Source: Fibrobacterota bacterium (lineage in GTDB: Bacteria > Fibrobacterota > Fibrobacteria > UBA11236). Taken from it: a stretch of 34,971 nucleotides of DNA. The position numbers and the translations under genes are program-made. The stretch spans positions 1 to 34,971 of the forward strand of contig JAYUVP010000129.1 of assembly GCA_043753995.1 (NCBI GenBank), written 5' to 3'. The stretch's first letter is position 1. Each line of letters begins with the position of its first letter. This document shows, piece by piece, positions 19,258-28,039 of this stretch. The notes under the pieces were generated by a model that was given only the letters and a program-made list of their open reading frames with translations, did no database searches and was not told the DNA's origin.

Positions 19258-19866
19258 ATGTTACACAACAAGAAAAACAATACAGCCTTGGAGGCCGCCC
19301 CCTGGCGCCCAGGCTTGACGTCGCCGAGAAATTGGCTGACTGCCTTGGCCTTGGTCGGACTTCCGCTGGCGGCCCATGCGGATCGCAATTCCACTTATGC
19401 TCATGCCGAGATTTCGATTGGCATTCCCAATGGACAAATCACCTTGGGGCATACCTGGGAAACCGGCGGGCGCACCGTGGTGGTTAGCGAAGAGCGGGAA
19501 TGCGAACGTCGCGAAGACACACGCACCGTCATTATCGAGAAACGCGTGGAGCCCCCGCCACGAGTGATCGTGGTCGAGAGGCGCGAACCGGAAGTCGTGG
19601 TGATAGAGCGCGAGTATTGCCCGCCCCCCGAGCGCCGAGTGGTGGTGGTTCGTGAAGCCCCGCGGCGTCATGTGACCGTCATTCGCCGCGAAAGAGAAGT
19701 CGTGCGTCACTACCGCCGTCATGACGGGGAACGCCATGTCGAAAGACATGATAATCGCGGCGGAAATTATGAGCGCCATGAATCACGTCCCCGCGAATTA
19801 TTCGGTACGACCAGCCCCCGGCCCATGCGGGAAAGAGGTGTGCAGCACATTCGAGTGGATCGCTAA
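19258..19866 (+). CDS. Small secreted low-complexity V/R/E-rich repeat protein
   Basis: SD AAAGGAG. Signal LTALALVGLPLAAHA, then EISIGIP, repeated VVV/VII + ERRE units with PPP turns, and an H/R-rich tail. Confidence 0.75.
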   Translation: MLHNKKNNTALEAAPWRPGLTSPRNWLTALALVGLPLAAHADRNSTYAHAEISIGIPNGQITLGHTWETGGRTVVVSEERECERREDTRTVIIEKRVEPPPRVIVVERREPEVVVIEREYCPPPERRVVVVREAPRRHVTVIRREREVVRHYRRHDGERHVERHDNRGGNYERHESRPRELFGTTSPRPMRERGVQHIRVDR

Positions 19867-19882
19867 ACCTTAAACCCCCATC

Positions 19883-19910
19883 GGGGCGGTGCTCGTCGCC
19901 GCCCCTTTTT
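19883..19910 (+). terminator. Intrinsic terminator between the small protein and the barrel gene
   Basis: Stem GGGGCGGTG / CGCCGCCCC followed by TTTTT. Confidence 0.8.
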
Positions 19911-19924
19911 GCAGGAAGGCGCGT

Positions 19925-21082
19925 ATGCTTAAACAAATTTTTTTCACCGGCTTTTCATTCCTGGTCACAGCCACCCATACATTCGCAGGTCAAGAATTGG
20001 TGGCACTCGGCACCAAGACCGGCGTTGGGGCTCGCGCTCTCAGCCTGGGCGAAGCCTTTACGGCAGTCGCTGATGACTATTCGGCCTTGCATTACAATGC
20101 TGCAGGCATGACACAATTGCGCAAAAGCGAATTTGCTCTCAATCTCGGTTATGGCTTTATGGAAAACCGCACCACGGTGATGGGTGGCCAAGGCCAAAGC
20201 CGGAGCGCGGAAACCACTCGCCTCAATGCATTAACCTTGGTCCTGAATGACGGCCATCGCTGGGCTTTTGGTCTGGGCTATCATGCTCCCGTCAGCTTTG
20301 ACGACCCCTTGGGCTATGTGGCTCATGGCCGCGAATACGCCTATTTGGCGGCCGGGCATTTGGATCAATACCGAATTGGCATTGCCTACAAAGCCTCCCA
20401 GGTGATGAGTCTAGGCTTGGCGGTAAGCGCCATGGGCGGCACCGAGCAATTGCAAATCGAAGATGGCGATGTACAACGCTATCTCGAAGAATATCGCGGC
20501 TTCAATCTTGAGCCATCGCTATTGCTTCATCTCAGCGAACAAGTGCGGCTGGGTGCCTCCGCCGTGGTGGTGGAAAGACTCTCTCTCATTGACACCTGGC
20601 AAAGGGAAGGCGGGGCTCCTGTCGAAACTCGCTATGACATTCGCCACCCCTTTCAAACTCGACTGGGCATGGCTTTTCAAAGTGGTCTGACGCAAATCTC
20701 TTTTGACTGGCATGGAGATTTTTGGAGCAGCAATAGCTATACCCTGGTGGGCGCGGCTTTCGATCAAGGCGTCTTCGAATACCCCAACCTGCATACCTTC
20801 GCCATCGGTTTGGAGCAAAGGTTGGCGAATTTCGGACCCGTGCTGCGCGGCGGTGCGCAATGGCAGGTTTCCGATGCCACCGCGCCTGAACCTCAATCCG
20901 GCAATCCCTGGCGCGCCAATGTGGGGCTGGGCTTTTGTCCTTCGAAAGGCCTATTGCTCGACATTGCCTATCAAATGCGCGGCAGCAATGCCTGGCAATC
21001 GACCCTTGGCGACACCCAAAAAGATTTGAATATCGACGGACAAGCCCATCAAGTCATGGGATCGATGCGCTATCAGTTTTAG
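19925..21082 (+). CDS. Outer-membrane beta-barrel, FadL/OmpP1/PorV-like
   Basis: Signal peptide, N-terminal GVGARALSLGEAFTAVADDYSALHYNAAG motif, amphipathic strands, C-terminal MRYQF. Confidence 0.75.
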   Translation: MLKQIFFTGFSFLVTATHTFAGQELVALGTKTGVGARALSLGEAFTAVADDYSALHYNAAGMTQLRKSEFALNLGYGFMENRTTVMGGQGQSRSAETTRLNALTLVLNDGHRWAFGLGYHAPVSFDDPLGYVAHGREYAYLAAGHLDQYRIGIAYKASQVMSLGLAVSAMGGTEQLQIEDGDVQRYLEEYRGFNLEPSLLLHLSEQVRLGASAVVVERLSLIDTWQREGGAPVETRYDIRHPFQTRLGMAFQSGLTQISFDWHGDFWSSNSYTLVGAAFDQGVFEYPNLHTFAIGLEQRLANFGPVLRGGAQWQVSDATAPEPQSGNPWRANVGLGFCPSKGLLLDIAYQMRGSNAWQSTLGDTQKDLNIDGQAHQVMGSMRYQF

Positions 21083-21139
21083 AGCCACCCCCGCCGCGCT
21101 TTGGTAACTTGAATGTTTCATGAAGCGACGGCCTGACTC

Positions 21140-23656
21140 ATGCTAAATGCCCTGGCTCAAAGATTAGCCCCGCTTTTACTCGCCGCCGTGGCGAGCCAAG
21201 GGGCTTCGGCCACATCCACCCCAGAAGTCACTCCCCCGTTACCCGATATACGCGATGCCTATGGCGTGGCCCTGGCCGATTATGACGGTGACGGCGACAT
21301 TGATCTGTATCTAGTCGGCTTTCGCTCCCTCAATCGCTTGTTGTTGAATCGCGGCGACGGCACCTTTCGCGACGCCTCCATCGCTTCGGGAGCGGGCGGC
21401 AATTTGATGCCCCAAGGCAATAAAAACTTGGAACTCGGCGCCACGGCCGTCGATTTCAACAATGATGGCAATATCGATTTGATGGTGGCAGGATGGGGCG
21501 ACGGCTTAGAAGCCCTTCATAATCGTGGCGATGGCACCTTTGAAGCGGTGGGAAAAAGGCTTGGACTCGACGCCAAAGGCAATGCCAATATGGCCGCCTT
21601 CGCCGATCTCGATCAAGATGGCTGGCTCGACTTGCTGCTCACCGACGAAAGCGGCCCCATGCGGCTATATCGCAATGATCGCGGCTTGCATTTCACGCCC
21701 ATGGCCCTGGAGCGAACCGGCTTGCCTACCGATTCCGGATCGCAGTCGGCAGTCTTCACCGATCTCAATCTGGATGGCCAAGCCGATCTTGCCGTGGCCG
21801 GTTGGCATACTCCCGCCCAGATTTTCGTGGCCGTGGCGCCGTTTCGCTTTCAGCCCGTGCCCATCGGTGTGACCTGGCCGACAAGCTCGCGTTGCAATGC
21901 CGCCTTGCATGGCGATATCGACGGGGATGGCGACATGGATTTGCTTTTCACCGTGCGCGGAGGCAAGCCCCTGCTTCTGCGCAATCTCCTCAATCCCAGC
22001 CGCTTCGCCGAATCGCCCGAGGCTTGGGCCAAGCCCGAGCAGCCCTTGCGATTTGAAGTCGACGACAGCCTCAGCGGAATAGACGATAGCTTAGACGCCT
22101 ATGGCGGAGCTTTTTTCGACGCCGACGGTGACGGCGATCTCGATTTGTATTTGACGGGAAGACAGGTCGAGCATTTCTACGAAAATGAGGGCCTCCGATT
22201 TCAGGGCAGAGTCGTAACGGCTTTGGGTTGGCCCGCCACCGGATCGATTTACAGTACTGGTTTCGCATTCGGTTTGCTTTCCAGCCAGCCTGGAGAAGCT
22301 GCCGTGGTGGCCACCCGCGACACAGGATCCATCGTTTTACCTTCCGTAACGCCCAGGTTTCCCCAAGCCAGGATTCGCTTGCACGGCGTGCGCTCCAATC
22401 CGCCTGGTGCCGGAAGTCAGATAACGCTTTGGAAGCGCGTCAATGGCATGGCCTCCGAGAAGACTGGCTTTTCCTGGGAATTGATGGCCTTGCGCGACAT
22501 GCCCGGCACCCAAGGGTATTTGAGCAGCTATCTCGGTCCGTTAGCGCTTTATCTTGCCGACACTACGGCCGAATATCGCGTGCGCGTGATCTTTCCCTCG
22601 GGCAAAACGGTCAGTCGCCGCCTGGATAAGAGTCGCCTCAGTCTTGACATTTGGGAAATGGGTTTATTCGGTGGAATTGGCGTGCATGCGGAAAGGTTGG
22701 CCCAGGTCTGGCTCGGAGATTGGGACCACTTCAAAAAGTTGGCCTTGGGTCTTCTGCTCGTGGCCTTGGCATCGGTGCTGCTTCGCGAAGCCGTGCGAGT
22801 CACCGCTCGAAGCATAGCCAGGCGCGAATACACCAAGGCCTTGGAATCCAAAAACCGCGAGCTCGAAACCCTGCTGACGCAATTGCACAATACCCAATCG
22901 CAATTGATACAGCATGAAAAATTGGCCAGCCTCGGACAATTGGTGGCGGGGATAGCGCATGAGCTGAATAATCCCATCGGCTTTATCTATGCCAACTTGC
23001 ATCAAATCGGACGCTATCTCGCGAACTTGCCGGTTCAGGATATCGATGATCGTACGCGCCGCAACTTAGACCGCATTTCCGAGGCCCTAAAGGAAAGCCA
23101 GGAAGGAGCGATGCGGGTTCGCGACATCGTCCAAAATTTGCGAGGTCTCGCACGCACTAGCGCCGATAGGCCCGATAAGCCACCCACCATGGCCCCTTGC
23201 GATATGCGAGAGCCCATGGATAAAGCTTTAAGTGTCGCGCGCACCGGCTTTGCGCCCGGTATCGAAATCCTCCGGGAATATCAAGACATTCCCTTGGTTC
23301 AAGCCGACGCAGGACAGCTACAACAAGTGTTTTTGAATTTGCTCGTCAATGCGGGTCAAGCTCTGGGCGAAAAGGGGCAAATCACCCTTGCTACTCGATT
23401 GCAAGAGGGACAAGTAATTGCAACGATCACCGATAATGGGCCAGGCATTGCTCCGGAGCATATGGCCCGACTTTTCGATCCCTTTTTCACCACCAAGGAT
23501 GTGGGCCAGGGTTTGGGCTTGGGCCTGCATCTCGCCTACAGTATCGTCAAAGCCCATGGAGGAAATTTGAGCGTGCAATCCCAACTCGGACACGGGGCCA
23601 CCTTTGAAGTCCGTTTGCCCGATGTATTTTCCGCGCATGGCCATGAACTCGCCTGA
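21140..23656 (+). CDS. Sensor histidine kinase with extracytoplasmic FG-GAP repeats and ASPIC/UnbV-like domain
   Basis: Signal peptide, six DxD/NxDGxxDL motifs, IRLHGVRSN...GYLSS...VIFPSGK, one TM helix, coiled coil, AGIAHELNNP, QQVFLNLLVNA, DNGPGI, FFTTK, GLGLGL. Confidence 0.85.
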   Translation: MLNALAQRLAPLLLAAVASQGASATSTPEVTPPLPDIRDAYGVALADYDGDGDIDLYLVGFRSLNRLLLNRGDGTFRDASIASGAGGNLMPQGNKNLELGATAVDFNNDGNIDLMVAGWGDGLEALHNRGDGTFEAVGKRLGLDAKGNANMAAFADLDQDGWLDLLLTDESGPMRLYRNDRGLHFTPMALERTGLPTDSGSQSAVFTDLNLDGQADLAVAGWHTPAQIFVAVAPFRFQPVPIGVTWPTSSRCNAALHGDIDGDGDMDLLFTVRGGKPLLLRNLLNPSRFAESPEAWAKPEQPLRFEVDDSLSGIDDSLDAYGGAFFDADGDGDLDLYLTGRQVEHFYENEGLRFQGRVVTALGWPATGSIYSTGFAFGLLSSQPGEAAVVATRDTGSIVLPSVTPRFPQARIRLHGVRSNPPGAGSQITLWKRVNGMASEKTGFSWELMALRDMPGTQGYLSSYLGPLALYLADTTAEYRVRVIFPSGKTVSRRLDKSRLSLDIWEMGLFGGIGVHAERLAQVWLGDWDHFKKLALGLLLVALASVLLREAVRVTARSIARREYTKALESKNRELETLLTQLHNTQSQLIQHEKLASLGQLVAGIAHELNNPIGFIYANLHQIGRYLANLPVQDIDDRTRRNLDRISEALKESQEGAMRVRDIVQNLRGLARTSADRPDKPPTMAPCDMREPMDKALSVARTGFAPGIEILREYQDIPLVQADAGQLQQVFLNLLVNAGQALGEKGQITLATRLQEGQVIATITDNGPGIAPEHMARLFDPFFTTKDVGQGLGLGLHLAYSIVKAHGGNLSVQSQLGHGATFEVRLPDVFSAHGHELA

Positions 23657-25145
23657 ACGTTTTTGTGTCCTGGTGGTGGATGACGAGCCGTCCATTCTTT
23701 CCAGCCTGCGCCGTGATCTCGAAGACGATTACGATTGCATTATCGCCAAAAATGCCGAAGAGGCGCGGGTGGCCTTTGCCCAGCGCGCCATTGCCTGCAT
23801 CCTTTCCGATCAGCGCATGCCAGGTGAAACCGGCTCCCAGCTTCTGACCTGGGTGAAGCAACAATATCCCGATACGGCCCGTATTCTCCTGACCGGCTAT
23901 AGCGATTTCGAATCCGTGGTGGCCGCCGTGAATCAAGGCGGCATTTTGCATTTCCTGAACAAGCCTTGGGAACCCGTGCAGCTCATGGCCGTGGTGCAAG
24001 GGGCCGTCGATCATTATCGCCTCACCTTGGAGAATCGCGGCCTGCATGAGCAGCTCGCGGCCCGCAATGCCGTGCTCGAAAACGAGAACCGTCAATTGCG
24101 TACTCAGACTCGGGAAGAATCGACGGCCTTGAAAAACCTCGTCGGCCTCTCCCCCGCCATGCAAAAATTGAAGGCCAAGGTCAATGCCCTGCTCGACTCA
24201 CAAAGCACGGTACTCATCACCGGAGAATCTGGCACGGGCAAGGAATTAGTGGCGCGCGCTTTGCATTTCGGCGGTTCTCGCCGTGAGAAGCCCTTTGTCG
24301 CACTCAATTGCGCCGCCCTGCCCGAAAGCATTTTGGAAAGCGAATTGTTCGGACATGTCAAAGGCGCCTTCACTCATGCCACGGAAAACCGCGTGGGCCT
24401 TTTAGAAGCCGCCCATGGTGGCACGCTTTTCCTCGATGAAATCGGCGATATGCCTCTGGCAGCCCAATCCAAACTGCTGCGTTTTTTACAAGAAGGCGTC
24501 ATCACGCCCATAGGCGGACGCAGCGAACGCAAGGTCGATGTGCGCATCATCGCCGCCACCCATCGCAATCTCGAAGCCATGGCCGAGGAAAAAACTTTTC
24601 GCCAGGATTTGTTTTATCGCCTCAATGTGATTCCCCTGCGCACGCCACCCCTGCGCGAAAGGCCGGAAGACATTCCCCTGCTCGCGGATCACTTTGTCGC
24701 CAAGTTAGCGGCGAAAATGGATAAGCCGAAACGCCCTTTCTCCGCCGCCGCCGTGCAGGCGCTGAAATCGCATGCCTTTCCCGGCAACGTGCGCGAACTG
24801 GAAAATGCCGTCGAATACGCCCTGAATTGGGTCGGCTCCGCGCCCGCCATTGACCTGGCCCATTTGCCCGATCGCATTGCCGAGGCGACCTCATCGTCGA
24901 CAGCCCCATCGGCCTCTTCCACAGTCGGCGGTACGTCAAATGCCGGTTACGGTAACAAGGCCGTGACTCCTGCCGCTTTGCCTCCCGATTTGCCCTTGGA
25001 TGATGCCGTGATGGCCTTGGAAAAAGACATGATTGAGCGGGCCTTGGTCGAATGCGAAAACAATATTTCCCAAACCGCGCGCCGCTTAGGACTATCGCGC
25101 CAGGGCTTGCACAATAAGCTGGCGAAATACGGCCTCAATCCATGA
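23643..25145 (+). CDS. Sigma-54-dependent response regulator (REC-AAA+-Fis HTH), NtrC family, HoxA/HupR-like receiver
   Basis: VVDDE, ILSDQRMPG, GESGTGKE, ESELFGHVKGAFTHA, LFLDEIGD, FRQDLFYRLNV, FPGNVRELEN, TARRLGLSRQGLHNKL. The start could be 23637. Confidence 0.92.
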   Translation: MNSPERFCVLVVDDEPSILSSLRRDLEDDYDCIIAKNAEEARVAFAQRAIACILSDQRMPGETGSQLLTWVKQQYPDTARILLTGYSDFESVVAAVNQGGILHFLNKPWEPVQLMAVVQGAVDHYRLTLENRGLHEQLAARNAVLENENRQLRTQTREESTALKNLVGLSPAMQKLKAKVNALLDSQSTVLITGESGTGKELVARALHFGGSRREKPFVALNCAALPESILESELFGHVKGAFTHATENRVGLLEAAHGGTLFLDEIGDMPLAAQSKLLRFLQEGVITPIGGRSERKVDVRIIAATHRNLEAMAEEKTFRQDLFYRLNVIPLRTPPLRERPEDIPLLADHFVAKLAAKMDKPKRPFSAAAVQALKSHAFPGNVRELENAVEYALNWVGSAPAIDLAHLPDRIAEATSSSTAPSASSTVGGTSNAGYGNKAVTPAALPPDLPLDDAVMALEKDMIERALVECENNISQTARRLGLSRQGLHNKLAKYGLNP

Positions 25146-27244
25146 AAGCGCGCCGGCCGAAATCCGGTTCCGGCTTGCCCCGAATCAGTTTACCCGGAGC
25201 CATTCTCCTGTTTGCCTTTTGCGTCTTTACGCTTAACGCCGACGGCGTTGCTCCGAAATCCAAGCCCGCCGCCGCGCCTCGAAATCCCGCCCACTCCTTC
25301 GCCCGCCCCGCTTTGGAAATGGCCTTTTCCGGTCATGCCGATTCCCTGCTGGCCGATTCGACTGCCTTACCTGATTTGGCCGCTTATGCCGCTGTCGAAG
25401 CCGCAGCGGGCAGCGGATTTTTGAATGGCCATCCCCTTTTGCTTTTGCATGCTGGCGACTCCTTGCGCTACTTCGGCCTCTCGCAACCCGGTGCGAAACC
25501 CAAGGCTTTGCCTCCTCTGCCTTTTCGCCCAGCCAATTCGGCCATAAGTCCCGAAGGGCGAGGCGACACCTTGTTGCTCACCCGTGACGAAAAAGGCGAC
25601 GAAGAGTTTCAGCTTTACGGATATGTACCGCGCATGGGTCGCCCCTTTCTTTGGCCCATGCCTCCCGGCCGCGCCAGCGCGGTGACCTTTGCGCCAGGGG
25701 GTAGGCGCTTTGTCTACAGCCACAATCCCGCCCAGACTCAGAACGAAAAAGCAACGCCGTGGACGATCCGGTCCGGGCATTTCGATCCCCGACCCCAAGA
25801 CCGCCTGCTATTCCGAGGCGATGGCATTTGGACACCTGCCGACATCGATGCCACGGGACGCCATCTGTTATTACTTCGCACGGTGTCGGCTTTTCAAACC
25901 GAATTGTATTGGCTGCGACGGAAATCCGAACAGGCACCCACTTCGACTTTCCGTGATTTGCAAGCACTGCCACCCCGTAACTCTGCGGTGACGGTAGCTT
26001 GGGCCAAATGGCTGGAAGCACCTTCTGAAAAAACATCCGGCGTCCTCGTTCTTCTCGCCGATGCTGGAGGGGAATATCCCGCGCTATTCACCTTGAGGCC
26101 AGGCGATTCCCTGCGCGCCTTGTCCCCGCCCTGCGATTGCGAAGTGGAGAATGCCGTGGTCTTGCCCCGCAGCCATCGGGTGGTCTACGCCCTCAATCGG
26201 CAAGCGGTTTCTGAGCTGTATCTCGCCGATGCCGATTCCGGCTGGGTCAAGCCCATCACGGGTTTGCCGCCCGGCGTGCTCGTGCACATGCAGCCCGACT
26301 CATCGGGACGTCGTTTGCTATTGACCATGACGCATTTCGGCACGCCCGGCGATCTTTATCTGCATGACTTCGACACGGGTCTAACCACCTTGTGGCTGAA
26401 AGCTCCTGGCCTCGAACAATTGCCTCCGGCCCGATTCCCCGTGGCCGCACCCATTCGCATGAGCATCACGCCAGTCGACCCCTTGCCTCCACCCCAGACC
26501 CGCCTTCCGGTGTGGTTATTAAAACCCGAAAACCAAACGCGCTCTTCGCCTTTGTTGATCCACATCCATGGCGGACCCGAAATGCAGGCCCGGCCCGGCT
26601 GGGATGCCCTCGATCGCTATGCTCAAGAGCAATGGGGATTTGCCTTGGCCTACCCGGACTTGCGTGGCTCCGCGGGCTATGGTCGCGCCTATCTCGGCGC
26701 CGATGATCAAGGCCGCCGCCCCAAAGTCTTGCGAGATCTCGGGGCCATCTTAGATAGCCTGGCAAGCTTGCCAGGCATCGATGCTGGGCGCATCGGATTA
26801 TCCGGCCGCTCCTATGGTGGCTTCGTAACCCAAGCCGGAGCCCTAGACTTTGGCTCTCGCCTCAAATCAGCCATAGCCACCGTGGGCATTTCCGACTTCG
26901 CGAGCTTTTTACAAGGCACCCGCGGATATCGCCGCGATTTACGCCGCATGGAATATGGAGATGAGCGCGACAGCTTGCAGCAAGTCTTTCTGGACTCTAT
27001 TTCCCCATTGCGAGGCATGAGTCAATTGAAAATTCCCTTGATGCTCATTCATGGTCGGCAAGATCCACGTGTACCTTATGCGCAAAGCGAATCGACTTTC
27101 GCCCTTTTGTCACGACAATTTAAGCCAGCTTTGCTATTGACTGAAAATGAGGAAGGTCATGCCGCCCGTAGCCGTCAAACCCGGCTAAGGCAAATGACTA
27201 CCAGTATGCAATGGCTGGTGGGAACATTGAATTTATCTCGATAG
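25142..27244 (+). CDS. Secreted S9 family (prolyl oligopeptidase-like) serine peptidase
   Basis: Signal region, propeller-like N-terminal part, IHGGPE, RGSAGYG, GRSYGG nucleophile, HGRQDPRVP, EGH. ATGA overlap with the regulator. Confidence 0.85.
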   Translation: MKARRPKSGSGLPRISLPGAILLFAFCVFTLNADGVAPKSKPAAAPRNPAHSFARPALEMAFSGHADSLLADSTALPDLAAYAAVEAAAGSGFLNGHPLLLLHAGDSLRYFGLSQPGAKPKALPPLPFRPANSAISPEGRGDTLLLTRDEKGDEEFQLYGYVPRMGRPFLWPMPPGRASAVTFAPGGRRFVYSHNPAQTQNEKATPWTIRSGHFDPRPQDRLLFRGDGIWTPADIDATGRHLLLLRTVSAFQTELYWLRRKSEQAPTSTFRDLQALPPRNSAVTVAWAKWLEAPSEKTSGVLVLLADAGGEYPALFTLRPGDSLRALSPPCDCEVENAVVLPRSHRVVYALNRQAVSELYLADADSGWVKPITGLPPGVLVHMQPDSSGRRLLLTMTHFGTPGDLYLHDFDTGLTTLWLKAPGLEQLPPARFPVAAPIRMSITPVDPLPPPQTRLPVWLLKPENQTRSSPLLIHIHGGPEMQARPGWDALDRYAQEQWGFALAYPDLRGSAGYGRAYLGADDQGRRPKVLRDLGAILDSLASLPGIDAGRIGLSGRSYGGFVTQAGALDFGSRLKSAIATVGISDFASFLQGTRGYRRDLRRMEYGDERDSLQQVFLDSISPLRGMSQLKIPLMLIHGRQDPRVPYAQSESTFALLSRQFKPALLLTENEEGHAARSRQTRLRQMTTSMQWLVGTLNLSR

Positions 27245-27349
27245 ATTAGTGCGTAAAACCGCAGCAAGCTTTAATCGGCTTTCCTATCTTTCGCGGCCGA
27301 GCATTCGGCGGCCCACCTCTTTTCATGGCCCGCCTGGAAAGGTTCTCGG

Positions 27350-28036
27350 ATGCAAACCTTCGGCAAATACCTGAGCTCTTCCGTCGGAAGAAAACAGCTC
27401 ATGGGCCTCTCTGGCATTTACCTGTACTTCTTCCTCTTCGTGCATTTGTTCGGGAATATCGGGCTGCTTGAAGGCCCGGAATTCTTCAATAAATACGGCC
27501 ACCTGATGCTCCATACCTTATCCAAGGTGGTGTATCCCATTGAAGTCACCTTGCTGGCCGCCTTTCTCTTTCATATAGGCATGGGCTTCAAGCTCACCGC
27601 CGAGAATCGCGCCGCGCGGCCCGAGCGTTATGCTGTGAATGCCAGCAAGCGCGGCAGTTCACCGCTTTCCAAATTCATGGCCCTCACCGGTTCTTGGATG
27701 CTTCTATTCGTGATTATCCATGTCCCCCATTTCCGCTTTGGCGTCACTACAAATATGCCCACCGTGGTTTATCAAGGCGTGGAAGTGCGCGACCTTTATA
27801 CCACGGCCATGGACGCTTTCGCCAAGCCCTGGTATACGGGCTTTTACATTTTCTCCTTTCTCCTCATCGCAGTGCATTTGGCCCATGGCGTGCAAAGCAG
27901 CTTGCAAAGCCTCGGCCTGAGCCATCCTCGATACAACACTTTCGTCCAACGCTTTTCGCGCGGCTATGCCCTCGTCATTTGCGGTGGATTCATTTGTCTC
28001 GCCATTTGGGCATTCGTGAAAAGCGGAGGTCTTTGA
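27350..28036 (+). CDS. sdhC: Succinate dehydrogenase/fumarate reductase cytochrome b subunit (b558-type single anchor)
   Basis: SSVGRKQLMGLSG, five TM helices, His ligand candidates (VHLFGN, FHIG, IHVPH, HLAHG), SSLQSLG. Confidence 0.9.
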   Translation: MQTFGKYLSSSVGRKQLMGLSGIYLYFFLFVHLFGNIGLLEGPEFFNKYGHLMLHTLSKVVYPIEVTLLAAFLFHIGMGFKLTAENRAARPERYAVNASKRGSSPLSKFMALTGSWMLLFVIIHVPHFRFGVTTNMPTVVYQGVEVRDLYTTAMDAFAKPWYTGFYIFSFLLIAVHLAHGVQSSLQSLGLSHPRYNTFVQRFSRGYALVICGGFICLAIWAFVKSGGL

Positions 28037-28039
28037 ACC

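Noticed and set aside
27245..27349. Lineage-specific promoter motif (CTATCTTT-like) upstream of sdhC
   Set aside because: Too short and too few consistent instances in this window to support.
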